A stretch of 64,000 nucleotides of DNA from Carcharhinus longimanus (GCA_030264375.1 JASCQW010000146.1:23694115-23758114), one strand, 5' to 3'; counted from the stretch's first letter, positions 45,450 to 57,838 are shown. The notes: generated by a model not told the origin, from the sequence alone. Made by a program: numbers and translations.

Positions 45450-46470
45450 TGGGCAACAAGATGGCAGATAGGCTATGATGTGCAGAAGTGTAAGGTTCTT
45501 CACTTTGGTCATGAGATTAGAATTGTGAAATATTTTTTAAATGGTATGAAACTTCTAAATCTAAATGGTGGCATGGCAGCACAGTGGTTAGATACTGCTG
45601 CCTCACAGCGCCAGGGACCTGGGTTCAATTCTGGCCTTTGGTCACTGTCTTTGTAGAGGCTGCACATTTGCTCAATGTCTGCATGGGTTTCCTCCTGCTG
45701 TTCTGGTTTCCTCCCACAGCCCAAAGATATGTGGGTAAATTGATTGGAGGGTAAATATGTGGGGTTACAGGAGTAGGGCCTGGGTTGGATTGTTGTTGGT
45801 GTAGACTCGATGGGCCAAATGGCCTCCCTCTGCAATGTAGGGATTCTATGATTCTATGAAATGTTGAGAGAAACTTGGATGTAATTGTACAAGGGGATAC
45901 AGAAAGTTAGTGTGCAGTGACAACAAGCAATTAGGAAAGGCAATTAGTATATGTTGGTCTTTATTGCAAGGGATTTGGAATACAATAGTAAGGAAGTGTT
46001 GCTACAACTGCACAGGGTTTTTCTAAGACCATAGCTGGACTACTGTGCTATGGGGTTTTGTTCTCCATATCTATGGAAGGATATACTTGCACTGGAGGGG
46101 GTTAAGCACTGGTTCACTGGGACTCTTTCCTGGGATTAGTGTGTTGTTCTATCATTAGGCGCTGAGTAAATCAGGCCTATGTTCTCTGGATTTTGAAGAA
46201 TGAGTGGTTTTCTCAATGAAACCTACAAGACTTTGAAGAGGCTTAAAAAGGTAGACACTGAGAGGATGTTCCCTCATTGCTGGGAAATCTAAAATAGGTT
46301 GTGGACATTCCATTGTCGAGTATACTTAAAACTTGGGTAAGTACATTCTTAGGGTTTAAGACAATCAAGGGGTATGGGCAGTGGGTGAGAAAGTGAAGTT
46401 GAGGCCTAAGATTGGATATGAATATATGGAATCTTGGAACAAGCTCAAGGGGCCTAATTCTTATGATTTT
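45450..46470 (+). mobile_element. CR1 LINE 3' portion interrupted by an HE1 SINE
   Basis: FIARDLEYNSKEVLLQL-type CR1 ORF2 remnants on both sides of the SINE. Confidence 0.8.
45567..45858 (+). mobile_element. HE1-type V-SINE nested in CR1
   Basis: GGTGGCATGGCAGCACAGTGGTTAG..GGGTTCAATTC..(GATTCTAT)2. Confidence 0.9.
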
Positions 46471-47361
46471 AACTTTAGAATGAGATAATATTATTTGATG
46501 GACTCGAAGCTCTGTCATACTTCTACTAATGAAATGACCTGCCAACACTAATATAATTTCAAGGGTTGTCCTGATGTCTGCAGAGTGTGATTTTTACAAA
46601 AAGAAACACAGGAATTATTTGTTCATGACTGATGCACAAATCGATAGCTGTGAAAATATTGCAGAACCATCCAGCTATGTCCAAACAAATCCAAGTGAAG
46701 CTCTTCAGAGTGTTTATTGCACAAAGCATACACAACATCTGTTGCTTTACCGTCAGCATAATGAAGTCCGAGCTGTAATAAAACCAGTCATGTGTAACCT
46801 TATTGAAATTAAAATCTACTACGCGCTTTATTCCTTTCATGATGATCATGTGGCAAACGACCAGATTCTGCTGATCATTCACTCGCTTCAGCTTGTTTAC
46901 GACATTACTATTCAACTGGGTCCCACAATAGCCAGGAGTGACAGACAGCCACCGGCTCGAGGCATCCAAAATCAATCGACCGGAGGAACTCTGCTTCAGA
47001 GCCATTTGGAAATTTCAGTTACCTGAGGATCAACATCCGTGAGGTCCCAATGCAACTATTTCAATTAGAGTTTCAAATAAAAGAGACCTTTTGTTCCTGG
47101 CAGTGAGGTTTGGTGCATATTTGTCTGCTGGCGAATTAATATTTTCATCTGTTTTGGCAGGAGTACATTTCAAATGCTTTGTATGGTCTGAATTTTACCC
47201 TGAATGTTGGAATTCTAACATCGCGGATGTTCTGAGCCCGCACTTGCTGGCAGCGGGCACAGTTCGGCAATATTATTGGAGGCAACTTCCTCTGGAATCG
47301 TCATTAGTATGAAAACTGGGTAGGAGGTAGACATCGTCAGCCCCACCACAGGCCTCAGTTA

Positions 47362-47546
47362 TGGAGAGGCAATGGCCAGTGGTATTATCGCTAGACTATT
47401 CATCCAGAAAATCAACTAATATTCTGGGGACCTGGGTTCGAATCCTGCCATGGCAGCTGGTAAAATTTGAATTCAATAAAAAATATCTGGAAGTAAGAAT
47501 CTACTGGCAACTATTGTCGATTGCTGGAAAACCCAGCTGGTTCACT
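47362..47546 (+). mobile_element. Family A tRNA-SINE, 5' part
   Basis: GGGTTCGAATCC B box; interrupted by an HE1 SINE. Confidence 0.8.
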
Positions 47547-47893
47547 AGAATCATAGAATCCCTACAGTGCAGAAGGAGACCATTCAGCCCATCAAGTTTA
47601 TGCTGACTCTCCGACAGAGGTTCCCACCCAGGCCCTTTTCCTTTAACTTCATGCATTTACCCCTCTAATCCCCTTAACCTATACATCCTGGGACGCTAAA
47701 GGGCAATTTAACTTGGCCAATCCACCTAACGTGCACACCTTTGTGACTGCGGGAGGAAACCAAAGCACCCAGAGGAAACCCACACAGACATGGGTAGAAC
47801 TTGCAGACTCCACACAGGCAGTGACCTGAGGCCGGAATTGAATCCAGATCCCTGGCACTGAAGGGAAGCAATGCTTACCACCCACTGTGCTGT
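47547..47893 (-). mobile_element. HE1-type V-SINE
   Basis: Full-length reverse copy. Confidence 0.9.
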
Positions 47894-48066
47894 CTTTGTA
47901 AGCACCTGAGGCCACTCGCCCATGCCACACATCATTCCCCATAGCAGCAGATGTTGTTACCTGACATCCCTGCCAGCATTAACCAACTAGTAGAGATAGA
48001 GATAAATGACTCCTGAACACTTGTTTATGTTTCACCCAGCTCCTCCTCAGTTTTATATGTACTTTG

Positions 48067-48089
48067 TATATATATATATATATATATAT
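48067..48089. repeat. (TA)n microsatellite
   Basis: About 11 TA units. Confidence 0.95.
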
Positions 48090-48134
48090 TCAATTCATGA
48101 CAGACCTTACAGTAACTGAGTGATATCTTATCAT

Positions 48135-48385
48135 AAAGAAAGATTTGAATTTATTTCATGACACTTGTGATGTAAGAAAAACTGTGTCAATTTCTACACA
48201 ATAATGTGGTGTTGATTAAGGAATAACTTTTGGCCAGGACAAAGGGAAGAACATCCCTGTCTTCATTGCCATAGTGCCATGAATGTTTTACATCCACTTG
48301 AGGGGCAGAGCAGGCCTCAGTTTAATGTCTCATTTGAAATACGGCACGTCTGACAGTGCAGCACTCCCTCGGTACTGTACCATCA
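48135..48385 (-). mobile_element. DeuSINE (SacSINE1/AmnSINE1-like) remnant
   Basis: Minus strand reads AGTGCTGCACTGTCAGACGTGCCGTATTTCAAATGAGACATTAAACTGAGGCC..GTGGATGTAAAA..ATGGCACTAT, matching the recalled Deu-domain. Confidence 0.65.
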
Positions 48386-48424
48386 GCCATTAACTATTAA
48401 ATGGCTACAAGACACGATGTGTAC

Positions 48425-48900
48425 CCCTCATCAAAAGCAACCTTTCTGGATGTATCACAGCTTGGTATTGCTCCTGCTCTGACCAAGACCACAAGAAACT
48501 ATGAAGAGTTGTAGCCCAGTCCATCATGCAAACCAGCCTTCCATCCAATAACTGCATCTACACTTACCGCTACCTCGGAAAAGCAGCCAGCATAGTAAAG
48601 AATCCCAAACATATTCTTCTCTGCCTTCTTCCGTCGGGAAAAAGATATAAAAACCTGAGGTCACGAACCAACCAATTCAAGAACTGCTTCTTCCCTGCTG
48701 CCATCACTCTTTTGAATGGACTTACCATATATTAAGCTGATCTTTCTCTGCACTCTGGCTATGACTGTCACACTATATTCTGCACCCACTCTTTCCTTCT
48801 CCCTTAGGTACTCTAGAATGGCATGCTTTATCTATACATCATGCAAAAAATAATACTTGTCACTTTATCCCAACACATAACAATGATAATCAAATCAAAC
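48425..48900 (+). mobile_element. Rex1/Babar LINE 3' fragment
   Basis: Homologous to 23080-23560. Confidence 0.85.
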
Positions 48901-50756
48901 CAGGGGCCTCCTCCAACTGGTGTGGGGTGGGGTAGGGGAATTGATGTGACCAAAATTCAGCCCTCAGTAACAAAATGGCAAAAAAAGTATCTTTTTAAGA
49001 AATTAAAAAGCTATCAGAGGTCTACCATTATTTAATATTATACAATACTATGTAAAATCACTGCATAAATCAATCCACATTAAATAATTGCACATAAACC
49101 CGGAAACAAACTGCCGTCTAAAATTTCTATTACAAAACAAAAGGAAAATAACAGCATTGCCATAATAAATGACAAATCTGCTCTGCAGTTCAGTTCTAAT
49201 TAGTATCTGACTTATTCTTTGGACCTCAGAATTACATTGTGTGATGTGACTGCATAAATGCAAAGTGGTCACGTGCTTAAGAGCGCAAATCATCATTTCA
49301 AACATACATCATATATTTCGAAAATTGTTTTGTAAAAAATCCGTAGTTAAAGAAAACTAATTGAACTGTAAATAGCTTTTTTGGGGGGTGGGGGGCAGGG
49401 TTTGGACTACAATTTAATCTCGTTCCAGTCATGTGGCTTTTCTCTCCATCTTACTCAAGTTTCCTTCAGCCAACCAAACTGGGACAGCTGCAGAACGATT
49501 ACAATCAGACCCTCAAGGAGTTTCGTTTCAAGCGCATTTATAGACCATGCTGTCAAAGGAGTTTTAAATCATCTGTCACAGCTGGATCAGACGTATTCTT
49601 AAAGAAACTTTATTTCCTTGTTCTGCTTGACAAGAGAGGAACATGAACATAACAAATGAGCACTAAAGGTTGCTTGTTTCGCAGGAAGCCACCTCATTGT
49701 TGCCATGTAGCAGTTAAGGAAATAATTCCAAATTACTATAGAACCTCAAAGAACAGGTGCTAGGGAGACAGAGGGGCAACNNNNNNNNNNNNNNNNNNNN
49801 NNNNNNNNNNNNNNNNNNNNNNNNNNNNNNNNNNNNNNNNNNNNNNNNNNNNNNNNNNNNNNNNNNNNNNNNNNNNNNNNAGGGAGACAGAGGGGCAACA
49901 GAGGGGGATACAACACTTTCTTTCTCCTTGTCTGCCCTGGTCTGTAATTAGCGTGAACGTATTGTGTGATTCCACACCCTACAGCCTTTAGGGAGTAAGA
50001 TTTGAAACATTGCAGGTAATTTTCAAGGTGTACATTATTGAGTACATACCCTCAGGATTGTTACATACCTAATAGAATGATGCCCACATCCCATCTCTTA
50101 GAGTAACTTAACTAACAGGTTATCATTCTATTGTATGATTAGACACAGATTTTTCTGCAGATGTAGCTTGAACTCAACAATGTTACATTCAAACATATCC
50201 TACAAATCATTTAGACAATGATCTTCAGTAAGGCAATTCTATTAAACCATCAACAATCAAATGCAATCAGATCAATTTAAGAACTTCGTAACTTCTTTAA
50301 TCTCACAGCTTTTGGAGTTGTGATAGGAATTGTGTATTTTGCAGCAGCCCTTAACTCAGTGAAAATAATTGCCAATTTTGCAAAGATGGTTCATGGCAGT
50401 TGTCACAAGACAGAAGGCAGGTCCTGCCACATTTTACTTGTAATCTTTCACCCTGCCAAAACTGGATTGCATACTTTCCTTGAAGCTGGAATTGCAGCCA
50501 AATAACAATAAACAGATGCTCAAGACATTCAGACTGAGGTACTCCTCTGCTGTCAGGTGTGGCCAGTAACAGAGGTCAACTCTGGTCTCTTTGAATTGCT
50601 GTTCCTCTAACATCTCCTACAAATGAAGCAAGTTACTGGACTGCTTCAGAAGGAGTGTATCGCTTTCTGGATCTTCATGATGTTTTTGTGATAATCAAAT
50701 ACTCCTTTTCTGTTCTTAAGGAGGGCCCCATAGTGTCAGGTGTAGACCACTTGTTC

Positions 50757-51088
50757 TTATAGAATCATAGCATAGAATCCCTATAGTGCAGAAGCAGGCT
50801 ATTCGGCCCATCAATCCTGCACAAACAACAATCCCACCCAGGCCCTTTCAATGTAACCCCACGTATTTACGCCAGTAATCCCTCTGATTCAAAGGGTCAA
50901 TTTAGCATGGCCAATCAATCTAACTCCCACATCTTTGGACTGAGAGAGGGAACTGAAACCCCTGGAGGAAATCCACGCAGACATGGGGAGAACATGCAGA
51001 CTCCGCACAGGCAGGCACTCAAGGCCGGAATTGAATGCAGGTCACTGGTGCTGTGAGGCAGCAGTTCTGACCATTGTGCCACCATGCC
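50757..51088 (-). mobile_element. HE1-type V-SINE
   Basis: Full-length reverse copy. Confidence 0.9.
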
Positions 51089-51149
51089 AGCCCAATATAT
51101 ACTCCCTCTGGAACTCATCTTGTTCATGTGGTGCTTTGGAAATGCACTA

Positions 51150-51785
51150 AGGAATTTACACAGGATTTAGAAGCGGCCATTAAATCACTTGAACATGTTC
51201 TGCTATTTGATTGGATCACGGCTGATTTGTATCTTAACTTTTTCCACCTGCTGGTTCTAGAATCCTTAAACCCTTGCCAAACAAGAATCTATACAGCTGA
51301 GCGCTGAAATTTTCGATAACAAAGCCTCAAAAGCCTTTTGGGGGAAGAGGGGAAGAGTTCCACTCCACTTTGCATGAAGAAGTGTTATTCTGACATTACC
51401 CCTGGAGGGGTAATCTTTAATGCAAAGGCTGTGTCTCCTTGTTCAGTTCCTTCATCCTGCACAGACCAGATCAAATGCTATTTCTTCATCTATTCTGTCA
51501 ATTCCTTTCATTATCTTAAACAGCTGAAATAAATCACCGACATAAGCAAGTCTCCAGTAAATGCCATATGGTCAATTTTGTGGTGTCCAACTTGTGGTGA
51601 GCATGTTCCATGGCAATGGCTGTGTGGTTTAAGATGGGGCGTGGCACATCTCAAGCCTGATTTGGTGTGCCATTTTCGGTAACGTGCAATTTTGAGGGTA
51701 GGATGAGGTAAGCAGATATATTCAAGGCAATACAAGCCTAGGCTATGCAACCTGCCTTTATAATTTAATGCTTTCAGCCCCACTG
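51150..51785 (-). mobile_element. CR1 LINE 3' fragment interrupted at 51535-51716
   Basis: GLKALNYKGRLHSLGLYCLE at 51717-51783, then CR1 3' UTR-like sequence resuming below 51535. Confidence 0.7.
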
Positions 51786-52716
51786 TTGTTTAAATGGCAA
51801 CAATGGGGAGGCAGTGGTATAGTGGTATTGTCACTGGATTAGTGACCCAGACTAATGCTCTGGGGACCTGGGTACAAAATACAGCATGGCAGATGGTGAA
51901 GTTTAACTTCAGTAAAGAAAGATTTGGGTATTAAAAGTCTAACGGTAACCATGAAACGATTGTTGGAAAAAAAAACATCTGATTCATTGATGTCCTTTAG
52001 GGAAGGAAATCTGCCATCTTTACCTGGTCTGGCCTACATGTGACTCCAGACCCAAAGCAATGTGGTTGACTCTTAAACACCTTCAGGAATGGATAACCCA
52101 TTTAGTGACTCCCATGAACAAATATACTTTTGAGAAAACAGCAGCAAACATAAAGAGGGGTGGAACTGGCCAGGAATAAAAACGAAGAATACAAAATCAT
52201 GAAACAATAGAATCGTACCACAGGATCCCAAAGTGCCTGTGCTGACTTTTTGAAAGAGCTACCCAGTTAGTGCCATACCCCCATCTATAGTTCTTTCCTT
52301 TTCAATTATAGATCAAATTCCCTATTTAACATTGTTATCAAGCCTTCTTTCTCTAACTGTTCAGGTAAAATTCCAATCAACAATCGTTCAGCAATGTCAT
52401 TAATCTCTCTTTAAAAATCTACTTGAGCTGCTCAAGCCCGAGAGTGTGTGATGAATGTGTTAAGGAGGCTGTGATAAGTGATGTGAAATTCAATGTGGCC
52501 TCTAACCCTAAGAGATATTCAAGTGAAAGAGGCTCTGCTTACCTCATCCTACCCTCAGAATTGCACATTGCCAAAAACGGCGCATCAAATCAGGCTTGTG
52601 ATGTGCCACATCCCATCTTAAACCACACGTCCATTGCCATGGACCATGCCCACCACAAGTAGGACCCCACAGAATTGACCATATGGCATTTACTGGGGAC
52701 CTGCTTTATGTTGGTG
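51535..52716. repeat. Dispersed inverted repeat pair (51535-51716 and 52534-52716)
   Basis: The reverse complement of the first copy aligns end to end with the second (TCTGCTTACCTCATCCTACCCTCA..AATTGACCATATGGCATTTACTGG); roughly 85-90% identity by eye. Confidence 0.92.
51805..52120 (+). mobile_element. Family A tRNA-SINE
   Basis: GGAGGCAGTGGTATAGTGGTATTGTCACTGG head plus the family body. Confidence 0.85.
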
Positions 52717-52817
52717 GAAATAATAATTACAGCAACATGATCTTACTACAGCAGCAGTGGATTTTCAGCATTTTCTAAGCAGCTTGCTCCCAAAATGAAG
52801 CCTCCTGAGAAGTCTTT

Positions 52818-52988
52818 GAGTGGGATTTTCTGACTCTTCTTTTTGGTAGGATCTTCTGGTCCTGTTAGCGGCCAATGTCAAGCCACTTCCGCCACCAGAG
52901 AACATGCCATGGCGGGGAGGGGAGGGGGGGGTCGGTGGAGGGGGGGGATGCGGTTTGGTGGGGGTGAGGGGGCTGGAAAATCCCACTC
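52818..52988. mobile_element. MITE-like element with a G-rich interior
   Basis: Perfect 13-bp TIR GAGTGGGATTTTC / GAAAATCCCACTC. Confidence 0.75.
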
Positions 52989-52999
52989 CCTCTTAGTTA

Positions 53000-53285
53000 T
53001 TGTTGAAAAGAGACACACGTTGCCCAAGGCTTTTGTCTTGGATTCATCAGGACAAACACAGGAGTGCCAAGTTTCAGAAAATCACAACAACGTGTGCTGC
53101 AGGTAGAGTTTTTTTTACTTATTGGGGAGCTTGATGAGCCCATACTTTCCTATTGGTTTGTCCCTCACAAAATCTTGGTTAATCAGAGTCAACTTGCAAA
53201 CCAATCAATACCCACTACTCCTGTAGTTCCATGTCCCAACCCCTCTCTGAATAAAAGAGTTTTGTTTACTGAATTTCTTGTATTT
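53000..53285 (-). mobile_element. Penelope-like terminal-repeat remnant with a degenerate hammerhead motif
   Basis: Minus strand GTTTGTC-CTGATGA-ATCCAAGAC-AAAA-GC..GGCAAC at 53057-53019. Confidence 0.5.
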
Positions 53286-54189
53286 ATTGGAAACTGGGGA
53301 GGGAATCCAGCAAGATTTAGGAACAGTTCTCTAACAAGAAAAGGAAAAATGGTTTCCAAAAGCAGTCTACCGGGCTATTTACTGCAACTGGGAATTTTTA
53401 TTCAATGTTTTGGGAATTTTATGACCATTTATTCACAGAAAAGCTGCAGACAACAGTTTCATTTATTTGTTGAGATTTCAAAGCGAAGTATTTTCATGCA
53501 AATTTTCAAAATAATATTGAGAAGAACATGCTTGTGAAGTAAGCATTGAAATTCTTTTCCTAAGGATAGAAAACAATAAGCAATTTATGACAGTATTGCA
53601 ATAATCAATAAATGCCCTCACTTCACCCCGGCCCACGGTTGTGTTTGAAATTCCCTGGTCCTCAGCACTCAAAAGTGCTCAGGAGGGTCAGTGCAGACTT
53701 GATAGGCCAAATGGCCTCATTCTGCACTGCAGCAATTCTAAGAAAACATGATTAGGTACAGGCTTTGATGTTGAACATAAGGAGGTAAGGAGGTCAGGGA
53801 TACACACCCAGGGCGGGATTTTACGCTGCTGAGATTATACAATCCCAACAAAGCATGTGAACAGTTCGCTACATTTTACATGCCAACTTCCGCCATGGCT
53901 CCACCCCAAGAGTTAGGATTTCAAGCAGACGGCTACTGAGGAGGCATGCAGCAGACTCAAAATTGGAATGTAAAAGAGTAATTAAAAGGAGTTTAAGACA
54001 AACAAGATGCTGAATTCATATGCGGATGTTTAGTGTGGTCATTATTTTGTACTGTCTTGTGATGGCCAATCTTAGCATTTGTTCTGTAAATCCACGAGCT
54101 ATCTATGAAATAAAGTAGCATGATAGCTTACACTAGGCCTGATCTCAGCAAGTGTTATTTTCTTCAAGACATGCACGTGTGATGGACAT

Positions 54190-54324
54190 GGACTGGAATC
54201 TCCAATCTCACCCACATCTGGGATTCTCCAGTCCCGCTGCAGTGAATGGAGATTGGGCTGAGCACCAAATTTTCGGTTCTCACTGGCAGCTATCGCAGGG
54301 CAAGTGGGATCGAAGAATTCTGGC
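54190..54324 (-). mobile_element. Monomeric copy of the 191-664 MITE family
   Basis: Reverse complement matches GCCAGAATTCT..TTTGGTGCTCAGCC..CATTCACTGCAGCGGGACTGGAGAATCCCAG. Confidence 0.75.
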
Positions 54325-55049
54325 TATAGCATCTGCTTCAGATCACAAGAGGTTACTACTGTTACACCTTTGGCTTATGGAATCATAAATTTAGTTATTG
54401 GGTGGTGGGGACACATACTTAATATAAGATGATCAATCCACTAAAGGAAAGTGACAAGAATTATTGTACCTGAACAAAGATCTATGGTAAAGAAACTTGT
54501 ATAAAATATGTTAACCTCGCTTTAAAAAAAAATCACCTATTTTAATATATCTTAAAATTAAGCACATCTCTTCATGTTTAAACCAGCTAGTAATCAGTTT
54601 TATTCCATTTGGTCACTAATGTTACTCCTGAGAGTTTTTGAATGTAAAAATCAAAGATTGATTGGAGGGCAAGTGACCCTTTTTCTCCAGAAGGGAAATG
54701 GGATAATAAAATCGCTGGCTACCACCTCCAGATACCCGCAATAGAATGGGTGTTGTCCTCTGTGTTTGCCTCTGGGGAAAATATTATGAGGCCACAGACA
54801 TGAGCTCCAGATTGTCTTGCAGTCAAAACTGGCAAAGAGATTGAACTGCCGAGATAATTGGCAAGATTGTCAGAAAGAAGATAGCTGTTACAACCCATAA
54901 TTGCGACTGGGTCTCCTCTGCAATTTTGCACTTGGGCTGGTTGAGTAGAGCACACTTCAAGTAAAGCTAGTTTAAATTTCAATATAAACCTTATGGGTTG
55001 TAATCATTCAAAAAATCCAAACCTTGTAGCAAACATGATACTCCTCTTG

Positions 55050-56137
55050 TGGGGAAGTGGCGGTGTAGTGATAACGTCACTGGACTAGTAATCTGAAGGC
55101 CCAGGTCAATATTCTAGGGACTGGGATACCCGAACAGGTGCCAGAGTGTGTGATCTGGGATTTTCAAGCAATTTCATTGCAGTGTTAATGTAAGCCTACT
55201 TGTGACACTAATAAATAAAATTTAAATGTGAACAAATCCCACTGAAGCCACTNNNNNNNNNNNNNNNNNNNNNNNNNNNNNNNNNNNNNNNNNNNNNNNN
55301 NNNNNNNNNNNNNNNNNNNNNNNNNNNNNNNNNNNNNNNNNNNNNNNNNNNNNNNNNNNNNNNNNNNNNNNNNNNNNNNNNNNNNNNNNNNNNNNNNNNN
55401 NNNNNNNNNNNNNNNNNNNNNNNNNNNNNNNNNNNNNNNNNNNNNNNNNNNNNNNNNNNNNNNNNNNNNNNNNNNNNNNNNNNNNNNNNNNNNNNNNNNN
55501 NNNNNNNNNNNNNNNNNNNNNNNNNNNNNNNNNNNNNNNNNNNNNNNNNNNNNNNNNNNNNNNNNNNNNNNNNNNNNNNNNNNNNNNNNNNNNNNNNNNN
55601 NNNNNNNNNNNNNNNNNNNNNNNNNNNNNNNNNNNNNNNNNNNNNNNNNNNNNNNNNNNNNNNNNNNNNNNNNNNNNNNNNNNNNNNNNNNNNNNNNNNN
55701 NNNNNNNNNNNNNNNNNNNNNNNNNNNNNNNNNNNNNNNNNNNNNNNNNNNNNNNNNNNNNNNNNNNNNNNNNNNNNNNNNNNNNNNNNNNNNNNNNNNN
55801 NNNNNNNNNNNNNNNNNNNNNNNNNNNNNNNNNNNNNNNNNNNNNNNNNNNNNNNNNNNNNNNNNNNNNNNNNNNNNNNNNNNNNNNNNNNNNNNNNNNN
55901 NNNNNNNGGGGCTGGGGCTGGGTGGGATTGTGGTCGGTGCGGACTCGATGGACTGAATGGCCTCTTTCTGTACTGTAGGGTTTCTATGATTTCTATGAAA
56001 TCTGCTGTCCTTACCTGGTCTGGTCTACATGTGACCCCAGAGCCACAGCAATGTGATTGACTCTCATTTGTCCTTGGGCAACTAGGGATGGGCAATAAAT
56101 GCTGGCCAGCCAGCAACATCGATGAATGAATTTAAAA
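55050..56137 (+). mobile_element. Nested SINE cluster around a 655-N gap
   Basis: Family A head 55050-55122, alternative V-SINE tail 55125-55225, HE1 tail 55908-55996, family A body and tail 55997-56137. Confidence 0.7.
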
Positions 56138-57094
56138 GATGCCTCATAGTATCAATTCAAAAATGGGCAAGGAAAAGACCCATACCTTTTGAGAGCAAAA
56201 AATACTCATTCTCTATCTTAAATGAGTGACCCCTTATTTTTAAACAGTGACGAGTTCCAATACCTCCGAGTTCTAGTTTAGTTCTTGTCTCTGTTACAGA
56301 TTTCTGAATTATTATAGCTAAAAGGATTGTTTAATAAATTATTTGATTGACTTAGCTTTTGCTCTCTCTTCTATTAGAGACTTTGTTCACCTGAAGTGCT
56401 AATTTGTTGTTGTTTTATGAATACAAAACCTGAAGGAAACAGGAGCAAATTGAAATAGAATTTCCATATCATAGTTGAACATAAGGACAGGAAATGAAGT
56501 GTGAAGGACAGGAAGTATATCCATCAGCACTGCTTTTATATCAATAATGGATTACATAAATCTAGTGAGAGACAGACTGGCACAGATAGATAGGTAGACT
56601 TAAGATTCAGGTGGGTGTCTTGTAGAAATCAATTTATTATCAAATAATTTCATCGTTTCTCTTTGATCAGTTGATTCCAGGTACAATGGCTCAAAACTGG
56701 CAACCTCGGGACCGAGACTCTGTTGGATTTCAGAACCTGCTGGATTGCGGATTGGGTGGTCCAGACCATTGGCAATTAGGATCAAGCTGGGCCAGGTGGG
56801 GTCAACGGTACTACTGAGTGTGGAAGTAGGCCAGTGCGCAAGTAGCAAAGGGAGTAACTTAGTCAGGTGTCATACCATATCAGTGTAGTGTTTAGCCAAA
56901 TTATCCAGGTAAGTTAATGTTTTATCATTTTACTCTATTACAATTAATTCTCAAACTGCCTAACTTTCAGACAACTTTGCGTTTTTGGACAGTGGGATTT
57001 GAGACACTGTACTGTATTATCTCGGTTAATTTATAAATATCATTGTCGGTGACTGGGTTTCCCCAGTGATTTCCCATACATCTCCCAGTTTTAC

Positions 57095-57189
57095 CTTTGC
57101 TTCCGTGCTGGTATCCCAGACGAAGGACAGAGCATTAAATGCCACTTCTTTCACACAGCTGATGGTGTTGCTGCTTTCCTTGTAATCCG
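57095..57189 (-). CDS. GRHL3: GRHL3 coding exon (95 nt; DNA-binding domain)
   Basis: TTTGCTTTTATAG|(A)[31 protein letters not shown]|GTAAAA; phase 1 to 0. Confidence 0.96.
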
Positions 57190-57579
57190 CTATAAAAGCA
57201 AATGGATAGAATGAACCTATGTATCTTGTAAAGAAATATGAACTAAGCAAACTTCTGAGAGCGATGTCAGCATTCTCCTCCCAGTGATGTTGTTCTGGTG
57301 AGAGATGGTGCTTTTAGAGATATTGTGAGACCATCAGAGCTTTGATCCAGTATTCTGATAGACAACAGTTCGCTAATGGGATTTCACCATCCTGCATGAG
57401 CTCACTATTGTCTGGCTGCTGAATCCCAGCAGTGCTGGAGCGGGTCTGCCAGTGAGGTACCTGAGGACATCATGAGCAGGTAAAAGGACAGAGCTGCCCT
57501 GATGATCAGAGCATGGGAGGTCCAGTAGGCCTTGGGATCTCTTGTCAGCTACCCATGGCAGCCCCAGTTAGTGGCAGCA

Positions 57580-57838
57580 ACATGTGGAGTTTGCACGTTC
57601 TCCCTGTGTCTGTGTGAGTTTCCTCTAGGTGCTTCAGTTTCCTCCCACACTCCAAATATGTGCAAGTTAGGCACATATCGGCGCATGGTAAATTTGCCCC
57701 TTAGTGTCCCAAGTGTAGGTTAGGAGGATTACCGGAGTAAATACAAAGGGTTAAGGGGATAGAGGTCTGAGTTAAGATGCTCTGTTGGAGAGTCAATGCA
57801 GACTCGATGGGCACTGTAGGGATTCTATGATTCTATGA
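57580..57838 (+). mobile_element. HE1-type V-SINE, 5'-truncated
   Basis: V-domain and (GATTCTAT)2 tail. Confidence 0.85.

Noticed and set aside
51511-51783. ORF with IDHMAFTGDLL resembling an RT (Y/F)ADD motif
   Set aside because: Lacks the ADD residues and convincing flanking motifs; the ORF is a chimera of CR1 and the inserted segment.
55208-56119. 303-aa ORF
   Set aside because: Mostly N-gap plus SINE sequence.
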